From Nemertoderma westbladi (Eukaryota; Animalia; Xenacoelomorpha), in NCBI GenBank assembly GCA_032718475.1, contig JAUCBJ010007253.1:1-64000 (forward strand): a DNA stretch of 64,000 nt, given 5' to 3'. How positions within the stretch are numbered: the first letter of the stretch is position 1; every line of letters begins with the position of its first letter. The notes below the pieces were generated by a model, which saw only the letters and a program-made list of their open reading frames with translations, had not been told where the DNA came from and ran no database searches. Position numbers and translations under genes: made by a program. Shown here piece by piece: positions 1 to 9,593 of the stretch.

Positions 1-716
1 GAAAATTTAATTATGTTCACTGATTCATTATCAGGTCACGTCCTATCTAAGGCTGCGGTTTGTTTGCATAAACCTATTTTTTTAGGCCAAGCTGTGTTGG
101 ACTTGTCAAAGTTAGATTACTACACTTTTTTCTACGATAAATTAAAGCCCATGGAAGCCGAATTAAATTGTAGTATAAATTTGCTAGGTGGGGACACGGA
201 TTCTTTTTTTTACAGTGTGTTGGTTTATCCCAACACCAATTTTTATCTGCGTTACAATCAAAAAAAGTTTTAGACTGTTCAAATTACCCTATTACGCATC
301 CGTTGTATACAGTAGAACAGAAAGGGAAATATAGATATTTAAAGGATGAAGGGAAGTCTATCCCGTTTGACCAGGTTATTTTACTTAGACCAAAATGTTA
401 TAGCTTTCGTGGGGGGTCAGTTCCAAAACGTGTCGCTAAAGGCGTAGGAAAAATGGTTATAAAAAAGAAACTCTCCCACGAATCATATTTAAAAGTATAT
501 AACGAGGTTAGCGAGCATTACGAATACAGTCAAAGGTTTCAATCTAATTTACATAAAATATACACCGTTTCACAAAGAAAAAAATCGCTAACACTGTGGG
601 AAGATAAAAGGTACTACACATCGACTAATGAAAGTCTACCTTACGGTCATTATAAAACACATTTGGATCGTAAAGCGCCTGCCCCTAAGCTTTATATGCC
701 GCCCATTATAGAATAG
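1..716 (+). pseudogene. protein-primed family B DNA polymerase, C-terminal part, one frameshift
   Basis: KPIFLGQAVLDLSK and DTDSFF in ORF 13-273. Adding one T to the T8 run at 204-211 joins it to LDCSNYPITHPLY...LKDE...LRPKCYS...AKGV...EDKRY...SLPYGHY of ORF 303-716, the typical Polinton pPolB C-terminus. Confidence 0.92.
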
Positions 717-725
717 CGGATTGCG

Positions 726-1286
726 ATGTCTTTTAGTATTGTCAACAGTAATATAAGTTTGAGGTTGGGTGATGGGTGCATATCATTCGATGTGCTGGCT
801 AAACGAATTCGAAATGGAAAACTCATCTTAAAGCCTTACCAATATATCGCCAAAATTTGCGGATGGACGTGTCTCTTTTTCCCGAGCGGTAAGGTCACTG
901 TACTCGGTAAATCACCTAAAATAAAAAAAATTATTAAGTATATATATAAGCATACTGATTATAAACTAACTTTTATTTCAATCAATAGCCAAACTTATAT
1001 TATTAACAATCTAGACATAGACTATAGCAAATTAATGAAAACGGTTGGGTTTCATTTTTTAGATAATTATTATAATGTGGAGGTGAAATATGAGCCGGAG
1101 ATATTTAATAATATTCTTGTGCAGTTTTATCGTCGGGGTAAAACTAGTTCTAATATCATAACATTTTGCGTTTTTTACTCATGAAATGTTGTGTGTATGG
1201 CAAGACCCGAGATATTTCGAGTATTTTTTCCAAAGTTTTTGAATTTTATCGGTAATTTAGATAGTCATTTAGGTAGAAATATTTAA
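726..1286 (+). pseudogene. TATA-binding protein (TBP)-like protein, in-frame TGA at 1182-1184
   Basis: Repeat 1 reads IVNSNISLRLG...LAKRIRN...TCLFFPSGKVTVLGKS; repeat 2 reads YEPEIF...CVFYS*NVVCMA. These match the TBP motifs TALIFSSGKMVCTGAKS, YEPELF and LIFVSGKVVLTG. The frame continues 33 codons past the TGA to TAA at 1284-1286. Confidence 0.8.
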
Positions 1287-1990
1287 TTTTTTCATTTTTG
1301 GTGTCAGTTTTAGGTTTGTCCGGTGGGATCTCGTTAGGTTTTTAAATAAACGTGGATATTACCATTATTCACATTATATATATAACGTGTTTTATCGGTA
1401 GTCTTAGGTTGTCAAGGGTGCTGATTTCATTTCTGATGTCAGTTTTAAATTTACATAAATCTAGTCTATCTGTCTTCGGTTTGTCAGTCTTTCTGTCAGT
1501 CAGCCAGTCTGTCAAAACTTAAAAAAGTTTGAATTTTATTAGTAATTTGGGTAGTAATATTTAATTAGAAATTTCATAAAAATTTTTCGAAAAATTAAAA
1601 TGTTCGTTTTTGAAAAATTTAAAAATTTTGAAAGTTTGCCCTTTAGGATCTCGTTTGGTTTTTAAATGCGGATATTATCATTGTTCCCTTGATATATATA
1701 TATATAATGTGTTTTATTGATGGTCTTGGGTTTTAGGGGGTGCTGATTTCATTTCTGATGTCAGTTTTTACATTTACATAAATCTAGTCTGTCTGTCTGT
1801 CGGTCTGTCAGTCAGTCAGTCTGTTAAAACTTAAAAAAGTTTGAATTTTATTAGTAATTTGGGTAGTAATATTTAATTAGAAATTTCATAAAATTTTTCG
1901 AAAAATTAAAAGTTTCATTTTTGAATAATTTCGAAATTTTGTAGGTTTGTCCTGTGGGATCTCGTTTGGTTTTTTAAACGTGGATTTGCG
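1235..1990. repeat. about 2.5 degenerate tandem copies of a ~300-320 bp unit starting in the TBP-like gene 3' end
   Basis: TTTGAATTTTAT..GTAATTT recurs at ~1238, 1528 and 1840; GGATCTCGTT recurs at ~1327, 1646 and 1957. The unit contains GTCT/GTCA microsatellite-like tracts. Confidence 0.85.
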
Positions 1991-2158
1991 TTCTTAATTA
2001 TTGATGTTAGGTTTTAAAGAGTGCCGGTTTCTATAATTGCTCGGTTTTATCGCGTGAAAAACCCCACCCACGCATATAATCGATACTATTTATAACGGTG
2101 GTGGTGTTTTATTACTTACTATTATTGTTCTCGTTTATATAAGTTATTAATATATGTA

Positions 2159-2620
2159 ATGAAATCACTCAAAGCTTTAATTAAACAATTTGACGGGGAT
2201 TTAAAGTTCTTATCTAACGCCTCCCCCAACCGTAGAAAAACCTTCTTACGTGTCGGCGGAACCGACGAACTTATAAGTTTTCTAATTAATATTATTCTAA
2301 ATGTATTAAATGGTAACGTAAAAATTCCTGAGCAAACAATCGAGAGGTTAAAACGCCATAAAAAAACAATACGCGAGATCGCTAAAAAACCAAAAGCCAA
2401 GTATCCCATTCGAATTTATCGTAAACGATTGGTGCAAAGGGGCGGATTTATAAATCTACTAATCTCTGGTTTAATGAGTGGGCTTAACGCTTATCAGAAA
2501 ATATCACCCATAATAACGGCTGTAAGAGGCAGAAAATTAGCCCAATCCCGCCGGGGGTATAGACCTACTACCTCTGGCACACGCGTCAACCGTCAAGTTT
2601 CTAGGTTTCCCATCTACTGA
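2159..2620 (+). CDS. Polinton basic core/virion protein with adenain-type cleavage motif
   Basis: K/R-rich 153 aa with LVQRGGFINLLISGL, the QxGG-F plus amphipathic segment seen in small Polinton virion proteins. Confidence 0.7.
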   Translation: MKSLKALIKQFDGDLKFLSNASPNRRKTFLRVGGTDELISFLINIILNVLNGNVKIPEQTIERLKRHKKTIREIAKKPKAKYPIRIYRKRLVQRGGFINLLISGLMSGLNAYQKISPIITAVRGRKLAQSRRGYRPTTSGTRVNRQVSRFPIY

Positions 2621-2637
2621 GTGGCTACCTATCAACA

Positions 2638-3348
2638 ATGTCCCGAGAGCCGACGATATCGCGGGAACCAATCACATCATACGACGCCTCTTTCAAGATG
2701 GGTTCGGCCATGATTATTGCGGGTCCAAGTTCTTCCGGAAAAACAGTGTTGGTATCAAAAATTGTAAAAAATAAAAATTTAGTTTTTGATATAACCCCGA
2801 AGCGTGTATTATTCTTTTATGGCGCCACCCCACCAGAATTCCCGGGTATAACACATCTATTCAAAGGTTTACCGCAAAAAATTAATTCTATTTTCCGCGA
2901 AAACGATCTAATTATTATAGACGACTTGTTAAGCGAAAGTAAGAGTGATGAGAGTTTGACAGAAAGCTTCACAAAAACCTGCCATCATACCTCCTGTTTC
3001 ATTATCTATATAACACAAAATTTCTTCAGTAAAGGGGCGGAAACACGGACTAGAAGTCTAAATGCCCAATATTGTATTTTCACAAAAAATCCCCGCGACG
3101 CAAGTCAAATAAGCTATATAGCGCGGCAAGTGTACCCAAAAAATAGCAATTTTATTGTTCAAGCATATAGTGACGCCACACAAAAACCATTCACACACCT
3201 TCTCTTAGACTTTCATCAAAAAACGGATGATAGTATAAGAGTTAGGGGTGATATTTTCAACCCATTAGGGCAAACTGTTTATCAACCCGCGAATATGAAC
3301 TCTAACACACCTCACCAACGCCCCGAGGCCCAGTCTATACCGCAGTAG
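2638..3348 (+). CDS. A32/FtsK-like genome packaging ATPase
   Basis: Walker A GPSSSGKT, Walker B LIIIDD, IYITQN motif, RTRSLNAQY and HLLLDFHQ. Confidence 0.93.
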   Translation: MSREPTISREPITSYDASFKMGSAMIIAGPSSSGKTVLVSKIVKNKNLVFDITPKRVLFFYGATPPEFPGITHLFKGLPQKINSIFRENDLIIIDDLLSESKSDESLTESFTKTCHHTSCFIIYITQNFFSKGAETRTRSLNAQYCIFTKNPRDASQISYIARQVYPKNSNFIVQAYSDATQKPFTHLLLDFHQKTDDSIRVRGDIFNPLGQTVYQPANMNSNTPHQRPEAQSIPQ

Positions 3349-3470
3349 CGACGCCGCGCTAAAACCATTTTCACACATTGTTTAGACTTTCACCGAAATT
3401 AGGTTATTATCGGTCCATGAACGTGAACTCTAGTATATAGTATTTAATATATTAATAATGATATATAACG

Positions 3471-3932
3471 ATGAAAAATAACGAGATTAGCCTCGGAAAT
3501 TTTAAGAAGTTGTATCTAGTTTCTACTTTATTAACGGATACTTATAATAATAATAATAAGAAAAGCAATAATATAATACAACCGCTAGATGGTGTGACAA
3601 TTTCATCCCAGAAAGCCAAACGATTGTTGAGTTATTTGATGCGATTCTCGCGAGACAGAGTACGGTGGAACGATAATAATAAACTCTATATAGAAAATAA
3701 ACTTATTCCCGGAGCAAATATTGATCATTTGATTGAATTGCTGACTACAAAAAAAAATAAGAAAAACACCGAAATAATTCCAGGACAAGCAACATTTTTG
3801 GGGTTATTAAAACGATTAAGGATACCAAAACGATTAATTGGTCGCGGTTGGTTGAAACGGCAAAGGGTCCGCGTGACCCCTTCCAACACAAAACGCGCCG
3901 ACGCGTGGAAACAATACGTAGGACTACAATAA
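3471..3932 (+). CDS. conserved Polinton hypothetical protein
   Basis: 153-aa ORF with WNDNNKLYIENKLIPGANIDHLI, resembling the W...I.GSNI.DL motif of an uncharacterised Polinton ORF; lies between ATPase and integrase. Confidence 0.65.
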   Translation: MKNNEISLGNFKKLYLVSTLLTDTYNNNNKKSNNIIQPLDGVTISSQKAKRLLSYLMRFSRDRVRWNDNNKLYIENKLIPGANIDHLIELLTTKKNKKNTEIIPGQATFLGLLKRLRIPKRLIGRGWLKRQRVRVTPSNTKRADAWKQYVGLQ

Positions 3933-4056
3933 ATCGACGTGTGGAAACAAAGCGCAGGATAACATTAAAATAGTAGTAGTAGTATGTTTTTTGAACGTTT
4001 CATATTAAGTATTAACTGTCATTGCAAGTGTTTTCTTCCACGACACGACACAACCG

Positions 4057-5142
4057 ATGGGGAGAATCGTAGAAAATCGAACAAACAAACGACTGGGAAG
4101 AATATATTACGATGTTTCAAATGCTGCCGGTTTCGCGAGCGTAACCAAACTAGCGAAAGCCGCTAAAGTTACGAGAAATCGCGCAAAAGAATGGTTGAGC
4201 TCCCAACGAACGTATTCCCTACACGCGCCGGCTAGGCGCCATTACCCGACATCAAAAATCTTCACGAGCGGTATTGGTGATCTATACCAAGCGGATTTGT
4301 GCGATATGCAACCTTTTAGGGGTGAGAATAATGGCTACGGTTACATACTTACTTGTATTGACTGTTTTAGTCGGAAGGCGTGGGCGTTGGGTCTAAAACG
4401 TAAAACAGGGGTCGAAATTAAAAGGGCCCTAGCCGTGATATTTAAAGATAGAAAACCTAAACGGCTAGCGGTTGATCAAGGAACTGAGTTTGTTAATAAA
4501 TTGGTGAAAGATTTCTTACTGAACAATAATGTTCATTTTTATACTTTAGTTAGCCAATTTAAAGCTAGTATCTGTGAAAGGCTGAATCGCACCCTCAAAT
4601 CTCGCATGTACAGAATTTTCACGAGGAAACAGAATAGAGAATGGATGGGTATATTGCCAAAAATATTGGTTGCATATAATAATTCAATACATAGAACCAT
4701 TGGTATGGCGCCAAACTCTGTCAATAAAAAGAATGAAACTGACCTATTTTTAAAACTATATGGGAGTGTGGGTCATCCCAATAAAAGAAAACGCCGTGCG
4801 CAGCGTCGAGTTCATTTCAAGGTTGGTGATAAGGTGCGGCTGAGTTTAGCTAGAAAGCCATTTGACAAAGGTTATACACCTAATTATACTGTAGAAATTT
4901 TCAAAATTTACAGAATAAGATTGGATCGAGAGCCGTACCCTATGTACGAAGTTGCGGACTCGAATGGGCGCGTTATAAAGGGGACATTTTATCGGCATGA
5001 AATCCAAAAGGTAATAGAACCATTTCAATTCCTACCAATTGAAAAAATAATTAAAGAAAAAGTAAATAAAAGCGGCAAAAAGCAATATTTGGTTAAATTT
5101 GTTGGTTTTGCGGCACATCGGTGGGTTGATCACGTACAATAA
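4057..5142 (+). CDS. retroviral-type (rve, DDE) integrase with C-terminal chromodomain-like region
   Basis: QADLCDM, CIDCFSR, AVDQGTEF, ICERLNRTLK and YNNSIHRTIGMAP; C-terminal IEKII...QYLVKFVGF...WV. Confidence 0.95.
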   Translation: MGRIVENRTNKRLGRIYYDVSNAAGFASVTKLAKAAKVTRNRAKEWLSSQRTYSLHAPARRHYPTSKIFTSGIGDLYQADLCDMQPFRGENNGYGYILTCIDCFSRKAWALGLKRKTGVEIKRALAVIFKDRKPKRLAVDQGTEFVNKLVKDFLLNNNVHFYTLVSQFKASICERLNRTLKSRMYRIFTRKQNREWMGILPKILVAYNNSIHRTIGMAPNSVNKKNETDLFLKLYGSVGHPNKRKRRAQRRVHFKVGDKVRLSLARKPFDKGYTPNYTVEIFKIYRIRLDREPYPMYEVADSNGRVIKGTFYRHEIQKVIEPFQFLPIEKIIKEKVNKSGKKQYLVKFVGFAAHRWVDHVQ

Positions 5143-5156
5143 TTAATTATATTATT

Positions 5157-6041
5157 ATGGATTACTTACATTTAACGTTGACTTCCAACGCCAGTCTAGA
5201 TAAATATCCTGATAACACTCCCAGCGATTTCACGATTGAGTTGTCCAAACCTATCCCCGTCAGCACAGATTGGGTCGTGGGTCTAAAGGAAATACAGTAT
5301 GTGTCGACCTATAGAAATATTGAACAAAGATCTGGAATTAGAATTGGTGAATATATGGTTGATGAGGATTTGGAATTTCATATAGCTCCATACAATCTTA
5401 TAGAAATCGATTTTAATCTTGGTCTATATGCTTCTATTGAGTCAATTTTAAACCATATTAGTGTTTATTTGAAAAATCCCGCAATATCCCACCACGGTTT
5501 CAAAGATGTTAAGTTTAACTACCAAAAACATACATCAAAAATTCGTCTACATTGTGAGAAAGGCCGCTATTTCCAATTCTATGGAGATATAATAAATATT
5601 TTCGGGTTATCGAGTTTAAAAAATAATTTAATGGGTCTTGGGGCGCTTTGGGCAATACACTATAACAAAGATGATGATTTATTGAACTTAGGCTGTAAAG
5701 ATACAAACAAAGCGGATGGAGTTGAATTCCCCGAACCTTGCGATATAACGAGGGATAGACACACAATGTTTATATATACAGATATGATTGAATCTTCTCA
5801 CGTAGGACATTCGATGGCGCCTCTTTTGCGGATAATCCCTTTGAAATGGGAACCATACTCATTCATCAACCTGGAATTCAAAAACACACATTACAAACAA
5901 TTAAGAAATAAAAAAGTGCTCGACACAATTAGTATAACGCTTCGCGACCATAAAGGAAAGCATATAGTCTTTCATGGGGGTAAAACAATTTTAGTTCTAG
6001 AACTCAAAAAACAACAACGGCGACAAAAACTACAAGAATGA
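5157..6041 (+). CDS. minor capsid protein (penton), copy 1
   Basis: N-terminal LTSNAS..YPDNTPSDF..L..PI...WVVGLKEIQY and C-terminal FIYTDMIE...APLLRII...ISITLRD...F.GGKTILVLEL, typical of Polinton mCP. Confidence 0.85.
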   Translation: MDYLHLTLTSNASLDKYPDNTPSDFTIELSKPIPVSTDWVVGLKEIQYVSTYRNIEQRSGIRIGEYMVDEDLEFHIAPYNLIEIDFNLGLYASIESILNHISVYLKNPAISHHGFKDVKFNYQKHTSKIRLHCEKGRYFQFYGDIINIFGLSSLKNNLMGLGALWAIHYNKDDDLLNLGCKDTNKADGVEFPEPCDITRDRHTMFIYTDMIESSHVGHSMAPLLRIIPLKWEPYSFINLEFKNTHYKQLRNKKVLDTISITLRDHKGKHIVFHGGKTILVLELKKQQRRQKLQE

Positions 6042-6841
6042 ACAGTTATTACGTTGTACTACCCTCAAACGCAAACCCCATAGAATTCCCGCGTAATAGC
6101 GCCGGCGATTTCCAAACAAATTTGCAAATTCCTTTACCTTTCGCTAAAGGGCAATGGTTAATAGGTTTAACCGGTATAACGTACGTATCTAGTATCAGGT
6201 ATGACAATAGCGACATTTATATAAAGGCCATAAAAAATAAAAAAATGTTTACAAGAGATGTTACTCTCCCCGAAGGATCTTTCCTATCATTGGAAAGGAT
6301 CATTGAGTACTTCAACAAAAGCCTTATTAAAGGCCAAATTAATATAATTGATAATACAGCACGCTCTGGTAATATAACCATACATTTTAAAGGTAAACAG
6401 TTGTCGATATTTGTCAGTAAACGTTTGGGTGGTTACCTAGGATTAACAGAACACGAGGTTGATGGCAAAGGTTTTATGTGTGTGCAAAATGCTGCGGGGG
6501 ATTATCACTTGCTAAGGATTGATTCGCGGAATAATAAGTACGACTGCCATAAGCATCCTAATGCTGTCGAAATACTGGAACCCAACATAAATATACATAT
6601 CAATTGCGTCGAACCTCAATTTGTAGACAATAGCGAATACCCTCTGTTGCGTAGCATACCCATAGAAGGGGAATATGGGCAAATTATTAGTCGTGAAGTT
6701 GAGGAAGTCTACTATAAAAAAGTTAATTCAACATCTAATTTACGTTATATACGAGTTCGATTGATTGGAGATTCCGGAAATTTGTTGCGCTTTCATTATG
6801 GAAATTCAATATTGACGCTTCATTTTATACGAATTGATTGA
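6038..6841 (+). CDS. minor capsid protein (penton), copy 2
   Basis: Same motifs: LPSNAN..FPRNSAGDF..L..PL...WLIGLTGITY, YPLLRSI and IRVRL...F.YGNSILTLHF. Its start overlaps the previous stop (ATGA). Confidence 0.85.
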   Translation: MNSYYVVLPSNANPIEFPRNSAGDFQTNLQIPLPFAKGQWLIGLTGITYVSSIRYDNSDIYIKAIKNKKMFTRDVTLPEGSFLSLERIIEYFNKSLIKGQINIIDNTARSGNITIHFKGKQLSIFVSKRLGGYLGLTEHEVDGKGFMCVQNAAGDYHLLRIDSRNNKYDCHKHPNAVEILEPNINIHINCVEPQFVDNSEYPLLRSIPIEGEYGQIISREVEEVYYKKVNSTSNLRYIRVRLIGDSGNLLRFHYGNSILTLHFIRID

Positions 6842-6915
6842 GATAGTCACAATTTAATCGATGTAAATTATTTATTATTTATTATTATCTGATTATCTGA
6901 AGTTATAGCGACTAT

Positions 6916-7512
6916 ATGGATAAATTTCTAAGTCGCAGCCGTGGGCGTGATTATTACCCGACGCTGGAAAACCCGGGAATAATAGTAGATTTCCAATATT
7001 ATACGCATCTTCCGCAGATCGACCAACACCCCGTTGCAACCATTTATTTTAAAGAGTTTGCGGCTTATAATACTACCATCAAATCATTAGAAAACGTATG
7101 GTTTATTAATGGTCCACCTGCAAAAATTTTAAGTTTAAGCGAATACGACCGTCTCACACAACTCGCCAATATTACGCATCACATTAATTTTGACTACGGA
7201 TTTATGGACCAAAGCGCATTTAAAATGTACATACAGGAATGGTTACAAGAAAAAAAACGGTTGGGGTTTCAAATATTAATACGCGGAATACCGAAATTAT
7301 TTATTTTAAAAAATGAATTTAATGTGAATGGAACACTTCTAGAAACGTACGGCATAAACGAAAAATATGTTGATTATGACACCAAATGCCTTTTTCACGA
7401 TTTTTCGGCAATAACAAATTGTGCCTACCATTCTGATAATAGTGATTTTTGTTTTAATTATTGTTCTGCGAAACTCGCGGTTGGTTATGGGAAATGGTTG
7501 TCGTCGAATTAA
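6916..7512 (+). CDS. divergent DnaQ/DEDD-exonuclease-like Polinton accessory protein
   Basis: IIVDFQYY...FKEFA...PP...HHINFDYG...IRG..K...LETYG...CAYH...CS...W pattern, like a recurrent Polinton accessory family; catalytic residues appear partly eroded. Confidence 0.55.
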   Translation: MDKFLSRSRGRDYYPTLENPGIIVDFQYYTHLPQIDQHPVATIYFKEFAAYNTTIKSLENVWFINGPPAKILSLSEYDRLTQLANITHHINFDYGFMDQSAFKMYIQEWLQEKKRLGFQILIRGIPKLFILKNEFNVNGTLLETYGINEKYVDYDTKCLFHDFSAITNCAYHSDNSDFCFNYCSAKLAVGYGKWLSSN

Positions 7513-7769
7513 TGTATATATAATTAATTATTGCGTTATTATATGCTACTTATATTTGTAGATTACACATATACGTATGTAGTAAAGAATTATTATTATA
7601 TGTTATAATAAATACTCCTGCGAAACTCGCGGTTGGTTATGGGAAATGGTTGTCGTCGAATTAATGTATATATAATTAATTATTGCGTTATTATATGCTA
7701 CTTATATTTGTAGATTACACATATACGTATGTAGTAAAGAATTATTATTATATGTTATAATAAATACTC
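7466..7769. repeat. perfect 152-bp tandem duplication spanning the stop of ORF 6916-7512
   Basis: 7466-7617 is identical to 7618-7769 (CTGCGAAACTCGCGG...TAAATACTC). Confidence 0.95.
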
Positions 7770-7775
7770 ATAATA

Positions 7776-8303
7776 ATGTCAGATTCTGATTTGTTTAAAT
7801 TATATAGCACCCCACAAATCCAACTGGGAAGCGGGAATTATAGCGATATACCCGTTTTTAAGGGTGGAAGCATTCTCCCGGGGTTTGGCCCATCTACTGG
7901 TATATGGAATAATAAGAATAATAAATTCGGGCGGCGATACACCCAAAATCGCCAGCGCGGACGCGGAATATTAACAACTGGTCTGGGTATATTAGCCCGC
8001 AAGTTAGGGAGAAAGGTGCTAACTAAGGCACTCCCCAAAGCAGCGAAAGTAGCACGGAAATACATAATACCGGAAGGAAAACGTATTTTACGCAGTAAAG
8101 CAGATGATTTGATAAATAAAGTGGCCGAGCGGTTAGAACCTCATCCAAAGACTCGCCAAATCGCCCAACGGGTATACAATGAATTTACAAACCCGAAAAG
8201 TAAAAAAAAGAGGAGCGGGAAACGACGACACCCAAGTGTGGGTATGAACGTTGGGCGCAAACGTAAAAAGCGAAATAATAAATGCCGCGATATTTTTATG
8301 TAA
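7776..8303 (+). CDS. basic DNA-binding core protein (pVII-like)
   Basis: QLGSG, VFKGGS and QRGRGIL motifs, very K/R-rich, ends in DIF; directly upstream of MCP. Confidence 0.75.
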   Translation: MSDSDLFKLYSTPQIQLGSGNYSDIPVFKGGSILPGFGPSTGIWNNKNNKFGRRYTQNRQRGRGILTTGLGILARKLGRKVLTKALPKAAKVARKYIIPEGKRILRSKADDLINKVAERLEPHPKTRQIAQRVYNEFTNPKSKKKRSGKRRHPSVGMNVGRKRKKRNNKCRDIFM

Positions 8304-8312
8304 CTTAACAAA

Positions 8313-9563
8313 ATGAGTAAATTAGAATTATCATTATTCTCAAGTAAAACAAATCAGCGAGAATATACATCTTCACATTTTTCGGATATCTACCCGATTT
8401 CTACTCTTGACGCGAATGCCCGACAAATCGAGTTCTTTATACCCCAGTCAAATGTTCTATATACTGATTTAAAGAATTCGAAATTTCACATTAAATATAA
8501 AATTACATGGGATGGTAATAGGGCTAACGACGATACAACCCTCCACCATCTTAATTACCCGGGTGGGTCACTATTTGAAAATTGTTCGTTATATTTAAAT
8601 GAAAAGCTAGTTGAAACCTCGAATGGGTTCTACGCCTATAAGTCTACGTTTCAGACATTACTGTTGACAGATGCTAACGAAAAACGCAGTATTTTAAGTG
8701 CTGGTGGGTATGAAGATAATGATAATAATCTAGGTGGGGTACCTGTCGCTACTGAGAATGACGTTCGTGGGAATTATGTTAAATTCGTTGTGGCCCCAAT
8801 TTTTTTAGACCTGGCAAGCCAGGACAAATTACTGCCGCCGGGAATTAACATTCGACTTCGTATAGACCGAGTATCGAATAATTTTTTTTTGAAAGTTGAA
8901 CCCCCCGCAGGATTGGTAAACCCGAGAGTTGAAATCATGAATATTAATTTAAAAATAAAACGCCACAAGATTGATGCCGAGGTTATGCGCGCGCATTTGT
9001 TGGGGTCACAAAAAAATGACTTTATTTATAACTTGTTAAAACAAGAAGTGAAAACCTTCACTATTGGCGGTGGGCAATCCAGTTATACAGAATCGAACAT
9101 AATCCAAGGGAAATTACCTAAGTATATTTTGGTTGGAATGCTTACCAACGCCAGCTTCAACGGGGAATTAAGCAGTAATCCGTTACATTTTAACCATTTC
9201 GGTTTAAATTATGCTGAACTAAACATCGACTCCCGTATTATACACGGGTATCCATATCGCCCTAACTTTCCAGAAAACAATTTTATGTTGGAATTCGAAA
9301 GTTTAATGAACGTGTTCAAGAGCTTGAGCGGCGTATTTTGCTCGCTAACACCAGAACGATTTCGTACCCAATTTCCTTTGATCGTATTTGATCTTACTGC
9401 CGGCGGGGATCAAAGCCATGAGATTCAACCTAGTGTTCATACTAGTGGGCATTTGATTCTGAAATTTAGTAATGCGCTAGTTAACACTATTAACGTTATA
9501 TTAATGGCAAGCTATGACGCTCTTCTATCTATTTCGGAAGCCAAGGAAATAATAACTGAATAA
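8313..9563 (+). CDS. major capsid protein (double jelly-roll)
   Basis: 416 aa with ELSLFS, YPIS...IEFFIP...YTDL, QDKLLPPGINIRLRI, GKLPKYILVG, NPLHFNHF and VFDLT, typical of Polinton MCP. Confidence 0.9.
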   Translation: MSKLELSLFSSKTNQREYTSSHFSDIYPISTLDANARQIEFFIPQSNVLYTDLKNSKFHIKYKITWDGNRANDDTTLHHLNYPGGSLFENCSLYLNEKLVETSNGFYAYKSTFQTLLLTDANEKRSILSAGGYEDNDNNLGGVPVATENDVRGNYVKFVVAPIFLDLASQDKLLPPGINIRLRIDRVSNNFFLKVEPPAGLVNPRVEIMNINLKIKRHKIDAEVMRAHLLGSQKNDFIYNLLKQEVKTFTIGGGQSSYTESNIIQGKLPKYILVGMLTNASFNGELSSNPLHFNHFGLNYAELNIDSRIIHGYPYRPNFPENNFMLEFESLMNVFKSLSGVFCSLTPERFRTQFPLIVFDLTAGGDQSHEIQPSVHTSGHLILKFSNALVNTINVILMASYDALLSISEAKEIITE

Positions 9564-9593
9564 ATAAACTTTTAATGATACGCGTATGCTAAG

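Noticed and set aside
1182-1184. Selenocysteine or alternative genetic code explanation for the TGA
   Set aside because: The position corresponds to Gly rather than Cys or Trp, and neighbouring genes use TGA as a normal stop.
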